This document shows, in pieces, positions 24,511-32,000 of a stretch of 32,000 bases of DNA. Numbering within the stretch: the first letter of the stretch is position 1; each line of letters starts with the position of its first letter. The translations under genes were made by a program, and so were the position numbers. The notes below the pieces were generated by a model. The model was not told the origin of the DNA. It saw nothing but the letters and a program-made list of their open reading frames with translations, and did no database searches. The stretch spans positions 1,440,001 to 1,472,000 of the forward strand of contig NC_008818.1 in NCBI RefSeq assembly GCF_000015145.1. The letters are read 5' to 3'. The DNA is from Hyperthermus butylicus DSM 5456. GTDB lineage: Archaea; Thermoproteota; Thermoprotei_A; Sulfolobales; Pyrodictiaceae.

Positions 24511-25458
24511 GTGCACACCGAGGGATTACCCTTGGAAAGCCATGCTGCTTCTAGCTCACGCAGGTTCCTCTTGCCCCTAGTTGCAGCTGTGCTGGTCACT
24601 GTTGCCCTCCTACTGGTTCCATCCCAGCTACACTATGGAGGTACAGGAGGAGACAGCGACGCCAACACTGAGAACTGCGTCCTGCAGGCTAGCCAGACCG
24701 GTAGCTTTACTCATGCCGGCATACACTACTATGGAGAGTGTAGTTTTAAACACTACGGTTTAGTATTACTGCAGCTTCCAGTGTAACGGGCTGGACCTCA
24801 AGGCTGTTCAGGAGATCCGCATAATTCTTGGTGAGGAGAACATAACCTTCAATCTCCCACAACTCGTCCGGGCTGTGAGTGTTGGCGGCATTATATACTT
24901 TGGTGTTGCACCGGGAACTGTACGGGATGGGGAGTACTAAACCAGTGTCGACCTACTATTGGTAGCGTACAATGAGACTACTGGTACCCGCTTTGAGACT
25001 AGTATGCGTGTTGAGTTACCGGAAAAGATTGTAGAGTATAGACCGTCGGTAGTAAAGCTAGCAGAGTACGAATACACGCTTAACAGCTCAATGCCAACGA
25101 TAAAAGTGAACATTTCAGAGGTCACTGGAAGGGAAGGAGCGTATTATGCCAGTATAACCCTCCAGGGTGAGGGCTATCTGAAGGTAACCTACATCGATGA
25201 AAAAGGCGCTACAGCCGGCTATATAGTCCAGCTAAGTGATCTGGGGTGGCCACGGGAAACCCTCAACATACCATTCATGGTGTCTGCAGCTTGTGGCGAG
25301 AAGCCAGCATGGCCCAAGGGCTGTTGACCTTTACCCTCATAGAGGGCGAAGCCAGGGCTACTGTAAAGATCTACCGGTCCGAGTACATAACACTGGTACT
25401 CGTATTCGAGGATGGGAGCGAGAAGCCGTTGTACCTACCAGTCACCAGCATGGACTAG
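24511..25458 (+). pseudogene. disrupted gene for a secreted/anchored beta-rich protein of unknown function
   Basis: CATATAGG box ~28 nt before the GTG at 24511, then a signal/TM segment RRFLLPLVAAVLVTVALLLV. The frame changes from 1 to 2 near 24765. There is an in-frame TAA at 24938-24940. The frame changes from 2 to 1 near 25320 (..AWPKG / LLTFTLIEGEARATVKIY..). Confidence 0.4.
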
Positions 25459-25476
25459 CAAACCCTCCACGCAGGG

Positions 25477-26235
25477 CTAACCGTGGGCCAGCAGCTTTCT
25501 AGCTTCCTCAACGAGTCTTGGCAGCACCTCACCCGCCCTACCTTTTAGGAATACATCAGCTATGGGGGTTACCGCTGACTCCTCTATGTTGACTTCGACC
25601 ACGTAGCCGCCATGCTGTTTCACGATGTGCGGGATATAGCCTGCAGGCATAACGACACCGCTGGTTCCAACCACGAGAATGCCCTGGCTAGACTCTGCAA
25701 GCTCGACCGCTGTTCTCCAAGCCTCCTCGGGTAGAGGCTCTCCAAACCAGACCACGTCGGGGCGCAGGAGGCCGCCACAGCGCGGACAGCGTGGCGGGAC
25801 CTCTCTTGGGGGCTCCCTGAATACCAGCTTGTAACTGCAGCGCATGCACCTGGCCCGCCAAATATTCCCGTGGAGTTCTACAACACAGTGCTGCCCAGCA
25901 CGCTGGTGCAGACCGTCAACGTTCTGCGTCACCACGCATCTTATGAGCCCGAGCCTCTCAAGCTCAACTAGCGCGTAGTGCGCGGGATTCGGCCTGGCCT
26001 TGTAGATTATCTCCATCCTCCACCTGTACCATTCCCAGACAAGCCGGGGGTTCCTCTCAAACGCCTCCGGCGTAGCAAGCTCTTCCGGCCTGAACCTCTC
26101 CCATAGCCCACCACGCCCCCTGAAGGTCGGCACACCACTCTCAGCCGATATGCCAGCCCCGGTGAACGCTATGAAGGGCCGATACTGTACAAGCAGCTCC
26201 GCAGCCCGGCGAATATCCTCCACAAGTCCAACCAT
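25477..26235 (-). CDS. cobB: NAD-dependent protein deacylase, Sir2 family
   Basis: [27 protein letters not shown], Zn ribbon CMRCS..CPRCGG, VVGTSG. Start preferred at the internal ATG at 26235 ([15 protein letters not shown]). The longest ORF reaches 26307. Confidence 0.9.
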   Translation of the reverse strand: MVGLVEDIRRAAELLVQYRPFIAFTGAGISAESGVPTFRGRGGLWERFRPEELATPEAFERNPRLVWEWYRWRMEIIYKARPNPAHYALVELERLGLIRCVVTQNVDGLHQRAGQHCVVELHGNIWRARCMRCSYKLVFREPPREVPPRCPRCGGLLRPDVVWFGEPLPEEAWRTAVELAESSQGILVVGTSGVVMPAGYIPHIVKQHGGYVVEVNIEESAVTPIADVFLKGRAGEVLPRLVEEARKLLAHG

Positions 26236-26639
26236 AGGAAGCCATGCCTCCAAGAGAACACCAGTCCACGAGTAGCAGCCATATACCCCACGCAGCCCAA
26301 AGTACACCCTGGCTCCGCGGAGCAGGGCCGCTGCGTAAGACGGCCCGCTCGGGATGATGCGGAGCCGGGGTCTTCTCGCCCGCAGCCCATGCCTAGACCA
26401 TCAAACTCCATGCCTTAGCAGCCAGCCTAGCGTGGTAGGTGAACCTTGTAATCATGAGGACGTATAGGAGGAACCTTCTTAGGTGTTGCCACGGCCTAGC
26501 CATACCATAATCTGGTTTTGTTGCAGCTCTAAGTGTTCTGTTCATGGCAAGGTGTGCTATCACGTTATTTAAGGCATATACACTTGGTTAGTACCCCGTT
26601 CGCCACCTAGGCCTAAGCTAATTAGGTTAATTATGCATA

Positions 26640-28067
26640 TTGGTTAGCGGGGGTGTTCTCCTCGTGGACAACCATGGAGTTCAAGTCATCTACCCGGTTG
26701 CAGTTACTGTTGCTGGTGTTGATCCTAGTGGTGGTGCAGGCATTGCTGCCGACTTGAAGGCTTTCGCAGCCATGGGTGTTCATGGGGCTGTAGTTGTTGC
26801 CGTTGTCACTGTACAGGATACCCGTGGTGTTCGCCGTGTCCATGTGCTGCCCAGCTGGCTTGTAGAGGAGCAGTTGCAGGCCGTGCTCGAGGACTATCGT
26901 GTTGGGGCTGTTAAGACCGGGGTGCTGGGCTCCCGCGAGAATGTTGAAGCTATAGCTAGGCTCCTCCGCGGGCGAGACATCGCCCTTGTCGTGGACCCTG
27001 TGTATCGTGCTTCGGCGGGCCAGCTACTTAACAGTGATGATGCATTCAAGGCTATTGTGGAGGAGCTATTTCCACTGGCTAGCCTCGTTGCCCCGAACGT
27101 GCCTGAGGCCGAGAGGATTACGGGTACACGTATACGCAGTATCGAGGATGCGAAGAGGGCTGCCAGGATACTCGTGGAGGACTATGGTGCTAGGGCCGCC
27201 CTAATCAAGGGGGGACACTTGCCCGGCGAGCCTGTTGACGTGCTCTACTACGAGGATGTTTTCTGGGAGTTTAGGGGCGAAAGGAGAAGCGGCTGCAGCC
27301 ACGGCACTGGCTGCACCTTCACTGCCGCGTTAGCTGCTGGGCTTGCAAAGGGCTTGGACCTGGTCGAAGCCGTTGTGAGGGCTCGAAAGCTAGTCGAGGA
27401 GGCTATAGAGTACGGGTTCCGTGTTGGTCGCGGCGATTGTCCCGTAAACCCTCTAGCTGGGCTTGAGAGGGATGCTGAGAGGTACCGAGCCATAGCCGCC
27501 GTCGAGGATGCTCTTAGACTCCTCCTCGAGAATGCTAGCCGGGTAGCCCGCTACGCTCCCGAGGTAGGCATGAACATCGCCTATGCTATCGAGCCTCGCC
27601 TCGCCCGGAGCATCGGGGACGTCGCAGGTGTCATGGGGAGGATCGTGAGGTACGGCGATACATTGAAGCCCGTTGGTCCAGTGAGGATGGGTGCTTCCAG
27701 CCACATGGCCCGCCTGGTCCTAGCAGCAATGGAGCGCGACCCCTCGCTAAGGGCTGCACTAAACATTCGCTACGCCCCCGAGCTGATAGAGGCTGCTAGG
27801 CGAACCGGCTTGCGGGTCGTCTATGTTGATCGCCGAGCTGAGCCGGAGGAGGTGCGCAGAGTTGAGGGCGCCAGTATGAGGTGGCTAGTGGAGAGAGCCT
27901 TCGCTGTTGCCGGTGCTACGCCAGATGTAGTCTATGATACAGGGGATGTGGGAAAGGAGGCCATGATACGCATCCTAGCTCGCACACCGAGGGAGGCCAT
28001 TGAGAAGCTCTTGAGGATACTCGAAGCCCTGGAAGGGAGAGGAGGCATGGAGCAGGAAGAGGCATAG
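26640..28067 (+). CDS. thiDN: bifunctional hydroxymethylpyrimidine/phosphomethylpyrimidine kinase - thiamine-phosphate synthase (ThiD-ThiN fusion)
   Basis: ThiD part: VAGVDPSGGAGIAADLKAF...GCSHGTGCTFTAALAAGLA. The C-terminal ~190 aa are ThiN-like: PEVGMNIAYA, GRIVRYGDTLKPVGPVRMGASSHMA. Start uncertain: TTG at 26640 or GTG at 26664. Confidence 0.85.
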   Translation: MVSGGVLLVDNHGVQVIYPVAVTVAGVDPSGGAGIAADLKAFAAMGVHGAVVVAVVTVQDTRGVRRVHVLPSWLVEEQLQAVLEDYRVGAVKTGVLGSRENVEAIARLLRGRDIALVVDPVYRASAGQLLNSDDAFKAIVEELFPLASLVAPNVPEAERITGTRIRSIEDAKRAARILVEDYGARAALIKGGHLPGEPVDVLYYEDVFWEFRGERRSGCSHGTGCTFTAALAAGLAKGLDLVEAVVRARKLVEEAIEYGFRVGRGDCPVNPLAGLERDAERYRAIAAVEDALRLLLENASRVARYAPEVGMNIAYAIEPRLARSIGDVAGVMGRIVRYGDTLKPVGPVRMGASSHMARLVLAAMERDPSLRAALNIRYAPELIEAARRTGLRVVYVDRRAEPEEVRRVEGASMRWLVERAFAVAGATPDVVYDTGDVGKEAMIRILARTPREAIEKLLRILEALEGRGGMEQEEA

Positions 28068-28087
28068 CCCCGGCCTTATAGGAGCCC

Positions 28088-29527
28088 GTGGGTAGGGACT
28101 CTGTGGGGGTGCACCGGGTTACGGGTATCGTGCAGGAGCTTGAATCCATCCTTGGCAGGGGCAAGGTCTACGACGATCCAGCAGTGGTGGCACTCTACTC
28201 GCGCGAGCCCAGCGGCCTCGAGGGTTTTGGACTCGCTGTAGTCTTTCCGGAGACCGCCGAGGATGTCTCTAGGCTTGCAGCATGGGCCTATCGTAGGATG
28301 GTGCCGCTCTACCCGCAGGGTAGCACTACGAGCCTCTCCGGCTCTGCCGTGCCGGAGAATGGTGTGATAGTTAGCTTTGAGAGGATGAACCGTATCCTTG
28401 AGGTTAGCGTGCTTGACTCAGTGGCTGTTGTCGAGCCGGGTGTGAGGATAGCCGAGCTTAACCTCGAGCTCGCCCGGTACCAGCACATGTTCCCCGTGGA
28501 CCCGGCTAGCCAGGCTGTAGCAACGGTGGGAGGCGCCATTAACAGCGGCGCTGGCGGCATGAAGGGGGCAAAGTATGGCACGATGAGGGACTGGGTTAAC
28601 CAGCTCGAGATAGTGCTCGCCGACGAGAACGGTACGAGGATGACTATTGGCTGCCGGACCGTGAAGTGCCGACAGGGCTACGACCTGGTAAGGCTTATCG
28701 TGGGTAGTGAGGGTACTCTTGCACTTGTAACGAGGGCTGTGCTCCGGATAACACCGCTGCCCGAAGCTGCACCCACAGTACTAGGGTTCTTCGACAACCT
28801 GGGGGACCTTGTTGATGCCTTTCTCGAGCTGCGTAGCGCTGGTGTACAACCGCTCCTAGCCGAGTTTCTCGACGCTAGAACAGTATCGATAGCTAGGCGT
28901 GGACTCCCCGGCTTCGAGAACGTGGAGGGCCACATGCTGCTGGTTAGCGTGGAGGCTAACCGGGAGGCTGTGGAGCGTATCCAGGCCCAGCTGGTAAAGG
29001 TGTTCGAGTCCCACGGGGCTCACGGTATCCGGGTTGCAGGGGACCTAGGGGAGGCTGAGGAGAAGGGGTTGCTAGCGCTACGCCGCAGGCTCCTCCCCGC
29101 ACAGCTCGAGTACTCGCGGCGCTATTGGGGTGCACCAAGGGTGCAGGTGTTCATAGAGGATATTGTGGTGCCCCCATCAAGGCTCGTGGAGGCCGTGGAA
29201 ATGCTGAATCAGCTAACTGAGGACTACGGACTCCCCATGGTGCTCGGAGGCCATATAGGTGATGGAAACCTGCACCCCGCCGTAGGCTTCGACCCCGGAG
29301 ATCCGGGAGCGGCAAGCCGGGTCCATGCATGGTTTACAGAGGTTATGAAGCTAGCCGTGAAGCTGGGCGGAAGCGTTAGCGCCGAGCACGGGGTGGGGAT
29401 GCTGAAGAGGGAGGGGTTGAGGATTGAGCTTGAGAGGCTTGGCTCGCTAAAAGCCCTCGAACTCATGAAGGCGATAAAGAGGCTATTCGACCCCCACAAC
29501 GTGCTCAACCCCGGCAAGCTCTTCTAG
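28088..29527 (+). CDS. FAD-linked oxidase (GlcD / D-lactate dehydrogenase family)
   Basis: PCMH-type FAD-binding domain: PQGSTTSLSGSAVP, VEPGV. C-terminal motifs: GHIGDGNLHP, SAEHGVG, DPHNVLNPGK. Confidence 0.85.
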   Translation: MGRDSVGVHRVTGIVQELESILGRGKVYDDPAVVALYSREPSGLEGFGLAVVFPETAEDVSRLAAWAYRRMVPLYPQGSTTSLSGSAVPENGVIVSFERMNRILEVSVLDSVAVVEPGVRIAELNLELARYQHMFPVDPASQAVATVGGAINSGAGGMKGAKYGTMRDWVNQLEIVLADENGTRMTIGCRTVKCRQGYDLVRLIVGSEGTLALVTRAVLRITPLPEAAPTVLGFFDNLGDLVDAFLELRSAGVQPLLAEFLDARTVSIARRGLPGFENVEGHMLLVSVEANREAVERIQAQLVKVFESHGAHGIRVAGDLGEAEEKGLLALRRRLLPAQLEYSRRYWGAPRVQVFIEDIVVPPSRLVEAVEMLNQLTEDYGLPMVLGGHIGDGNLHPAVGFDPGDPGAASRVHAWFTEVMKLAVKLGGSVSAEHGVGMLKREGLRIELERLGSLKALELMKAIKRLFDPHNVLNPGKLF

Positions 29528-29530
29528 GCA

Positions 29531-29848
29531 GTGGAGGCGGCTGATATGGATGCTAGGGAGCGGCTAGCCAGCGAGGCTGGTAGATGCGCGTACTGCGGGT
29601 TCTGCGAACAGGCCTGCCCAACACTACCCTTGGGATCCCATCGGGGCTACGGGCCAAGGGGCCGCGTGCTACTCGCGAGGCTCCTCGCCGAGGATAAGAT
29701 AGAGCCCACAAGGGAGCTAGTAGCCTCCCTCTACACCTGCACGCTCTGCGGCGCTTGCCTAATCTATTGCCCCGCCGGAATAGATGTCGTCAATGTTGTA
29801 AGGCTAGCAAGGATGCTGGCTGCCGAGAAGCTCGTAGGGGAGGGTTAG
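29531..29848 (+). CDS. small 2x[4Fe-4S]-type ferredoxin-domain protein (GlcF N-terminal-like, no CCG domains)
   Basis: CAYCGFCEQACP and CTLCGACLIYCP. Starts 4 nt after the glcD-like stop. Confidence 0.75.
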   Translation: MEAADMDARERLASEAGRCAYCGFCEQACPTLPLGSHRGYGPRGRVLLARLLAEDKIEPTRELVASLYTCTLCGACLIYCPAGIDVVNVVRLARMLAAEKLVGEG

Positions 29849-30486
29849 CCATGAGACATGAACTTGTCTAGCCCCAGCTGCCTCCCCTCCCTCCTGGAGG
29901 CTTTCTCCAGCGCCTCAAGCCTCTCAAGTATGCTCTTTGGCGGCCGGGGCTTCTCACCCTTCAACAGCATTATGAAGAAGGTGTCCCTCACCGGCTCATA
30001 GACGAGCTTGAAGAACTTCTGGGGATCACGGAGAACCCATTCGGGGAACAGGGAGACATACTCGAGAGCCCCCCTCCATACCCTATCCCATGGCAGTAGC
30101 TTCCTAACCTTCAGCACCACCTCCCGGTCGAAATCGCGTGGTGTCTGCTCCTGTCCACCAATCACGAACCAGCCGCGAGGGCTCACCTGGACGCACTCTC
30201 CCAAAACCTCAACCATGCCCTCTGGACACTTTGAGCCAGGCCTCCTCTCGCGACTCCTCCGCAGCAGCTCTTCCAGCGTCACACTGTAGGCCCGGTACCT
30301 AGGCCCATAGTGCTTAGCCCATGCGTAGAATATGGCGCGGTTGAGGCCCCAGCTCTTAGCCTTCTCAAGATCTCCCCGCAGCTGGTAGTACCGAGCAGCC
30401 TGCAGCAGCGCCATAACCTGAAACCTCCCCAAGCCAGCAAGCCTTACAAGGTCCTCCGGCCGCGGCAACCCAGCCCCCTCCAACAC
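29845..30486 (-). CDS. hypothetical protein (213 aa) with an N-terminal helix-hairpin-helix-like motif
   Basis: EDLVRLAGLGRFQVMALL fits hxxhxGhGxxxxxxhh. The remainder is basic and aromatic-rich and matches no recognisable family. Confidence 0.55.
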   Translation of the reverse strand: MLEGAGLPRPEDLVRLAGLGRFQVMALLQAARYYQLRGDLEKAKSWGLNRAIFYAWAKHYGPRYRAYSVTLEELLRRSRERRPGSKCPEGMVEVLGECVQVSPRGWFVIGGQEQTPRDFDREVVLKVRKLLPWDRVWRGALEYVSLFPEWVLRDPQKFFKLVYEPVRDTFFIMLLKGEKPRPPKSILERLEALEKASRREGRQLGLDKFMSHG

Positions 30487-30640
30487 AGCGTAGAGAACAG
30501 GCTTGCCTCTGTATAGCTCTACATGTTGCTACGGGCTGACGCTGCACCATGAGAGCCCACTAAAACCCCCACGGCGCTCGTTGTAGAGATTCCGAACGAT
30601 TACATAAACTACCGCTTAGCTTTTAACCTGCGCGATAATG

Positions 30641-30647
30641 TTTAAAT
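30641..30647 (+). promoter_or_regulatory. TATA box TTTAAAT with an A/T-rich BRE-like flank (GATAATG)
   Basis: Near-consensus crenarchaeal TATA, centred 27 nt upstream of the in-frame GTG at 30671. Confidence 0.5.
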
Positions 30648-30670
30648 TTCAGCTTACGCTACTATATTGT

Positions 30671-32000
30671 GTGGACTATACTACGGATACGACCGCCAAG
30701 CTAGAGCTTCTAAGGGTGGGAGTTGTGGCGAGTCGTGCGGCTTTAATAGCTGGTATTGTTGTGCTTGTTGTTATTGTTGCTGGTATTGCGGTCTACTTTG
30801 CCTCCAAGCCTGAGGAGAAGCCTGCAGCACCAACCGAACAGCCAACAGAACAACCAACAACAACACCAACAGAAGAAAAGCCTACGGAGACCAAGCCCCA
30901 GCTACCACAGCTAACCGGCAACATAGAGGAGGACATTGTTAACATTGCAAACTACCTGATAGCAAACGGCGTCAAGGAAGTTAAGTTCACCGTCTGGGGC
31001 GCCGGTGACCCCAACAGCGTCCTTAGAACCCTGGCAATCGTCGAGGCTGCCTATAGGCTCAACAAGATACTAGAGGAGAAGGGCATAGACTTCAAGATCA
31101 TTATCGAGCAGGACTTCAAGCGTGGCGGCGGCGACCAGCTAGCAGAGAAGTTCGCCACCGCGTTCCAGAGCGCGGCCAATGCCGACATAATGGCTAACAG
31201 CTACAAGCACCTGGCAAGGTTTGCTGAGGAAGGCTACATACTCGACATAACACCATACGTTGAAGCCTACAAGGACTTCATAAGCGACTTCTACTCAAGC
31301 CTACTAGAGGCCGTCAAGTACAATGGCAAGTACTACGCCATACCACAGGACACAGAGGCTAGGCCACTCTACTGGAGGACAGACGTAGCGGCATGCATCA
31401 AGGAGAAGACCGGTGAGGACATCCTCGTAAACCTCTACGAGAAGGTTGAGAAGGGCGAGGTAACCTGGAAGGACGTCTACCGCTACGCCAAGCTAGCAGT
31501 CGAGAACGGCTGCAGCGAGTGGGGCGTACTGCACAGGAAGGGAAGCGCCCACCCAGACCTAATACAGTTCATATTCGCCTTCGGCGGCACACTATACGAC
31601 CCCAACACCAACAAGCTAGTCCTAGACGTGCCCGCTGTCTACAAGTGGCTGTACGTAGAGTGGAAGATGGCCCGTGACGGCCTCATACCAAAGGACATGA
31701 TGAGCTGGGACTGGGCAAAGCAGATACACCCAACAGTCGTCGACGGCAAGACGCTAGCCTGGATTGGCGGCACCTGGCACTGGACAGAGTGGCAGACCAA
31801 GCCATACCACACCGACCCGCAGACCGGCGAGAAGAGGCCACTAACAGCCGAGGAGGTCAAGAACTACTTCTACTACACGCTATTCCCGGCAGGTGAGCCC
31901 GGCCAGAAGCCAGTAACGCTAAGCCAGCCATTCGTGTGGTACATAGCTAGCAATGCTGGCAAGGACAACCCGAAGTACGACGAGCTCAAGGAGGCCTACC
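30671..32000 (+). CDS. sugar ABC transporter substrate-binding protein (family 1 SBP), membrane-anchored, 3' end cut by window edge
   Basis: The frame is open to the window end, which explains its absence from the ORF track. TM anchor AALIAGIVVLVVIVAGIAVYF, then Pro/Thr/Glu linker PTEQPTEQPTTTPTEEKPTETKP, then an SBP body (KFTVWGAGDP, YYAIPQDTEARPLYWR). Alternative starts are GTG at 30716 and GTG at 30725, which is preceded by GGGTGGGAG. Confidence 0.8.
   Translation, partial: MDYTTDTTAKLELLRVGVVASRAALIAGIVVLVVIVAGIAVYFASKPEEKPAAPTEQPTEQPTTTPTEEKPTETKPQLPQLTGNIEEDIVNIANYLIANGVKEVKFTVWGAGDPNSVLRTLAIVEAAYRLNKILEEKGIDFKIIIEQDFKRGGGDQLAEKFATAFQSAANADIMANSYKHLARFAEEGYILDITPYVEAYKDFISDFYSSLLEAVKYNGKYYAIPQDTEARPLYWRTDVAACIKEKTGEDILVNLYEKVEKGEVTWKDVYRYAKLAVENGCSEWGVLHRKGSAHPDLIQFIFAFGGTLYDPNTNKLVLDVPAVYKWLYVEWKMARDGLIPKDMMSWDWAKQIHPTVVDGKTLAWIGGTWHWTEWQTKPYHTDPQTGEKRPLTAEEVKNYFYYTLFPAGEPGQKPVTLSQPFVWYIASNAGKDNPKYDELKEAY

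Noticed and set aside
26236-26307. ATG at 26307 as the Sir2 start
   Set aside because: The added 24 residues ([24 protein letters not shown]) are not Sir2-like. The internal Met precedes the conserved N-terminal helix, and a TATAT element lies ~48 nt upstream of it.
26412-26640. TPP riboswitch upstream of thiDN
   Set aside because: No CTGAGA / pyrimidine-sensor helix motifs are visible, and TPP riboswitches are not expected in Crenarchaeota. The region looks like an ordinary divergent promoter spacer.
30638-30640. ATG at 30638 as the start of the sugar-binding protein
   Set aside because: It overlaps the TTTAAAT TATA box, so it would lie upstream of any transcript initiated from that promoter.
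1-32000. Search by eye for CRISPR repeats, tRNA/rRNA genes, IS elements, integrases and long terminal or direct repeats
   Set aside because: No regularly spaced repeats, tRNA-like acceptor/T-arm sequences, rRNA segments or transposase/integrase-like ORFs were found. A proper scan (tRNAscan-SE, Infernal, CRISPR finders, self-dotplot) is still needed, because short or diverged elements cannot be excluded manually.

Overview
Gene-dense chromosomal segment with GC-rich coding and AT-rich spacers. It looks like a hyperthermophilic crenarchaeon, probably Desulfurococcales-like. Supporting gene content: GPN-loop GTPase, archaeal CoaBC, bifunctional PGI/PMI, fused ThiD-ThiN, indolepyruvate:ferredoxin oxidoreductase, GTP-type PEPCK and Sir2. 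Starts are preceded by A/T boxes at either ~26 nt (leaderless) or ~44 nt. Most of the window is housekeeping metabolism and transport: an ABC-2 exporter operon, a CDF transporter, a YhhQ/VUT transporter, a NitT/TauT-type ABC importer and a sugar-binding protein. By eye I found no rRNA, tRNA, CRISPR array, cas gene, transposase or integrase. The accessory or unusual content is: (1) a vapBC toxin-antitoxin pair divergent from a 518-aa protein that reads as a Csa3/CARF-like Rossmann domain, a Cys cluster and a C-terminal PIN nuclease, which is the best candidate here for something undescribed; (2) a solitary minimal nucleotidyltransferase; (3) a low-GC island (15.6-17.0 kb) holding a broken ORF pair and a ConA-like gene with three in-frame stops; (4) a secreted-protein gene (24.5-25.5 kb) broken by two frameshifts and one nonsense codon; (5) a UbiD-family decarboxylase packed into the ABC importer operon behind an unknown 189-aa protein. 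All domain calls come from motif recognition in the supplied translations. No database search was run.
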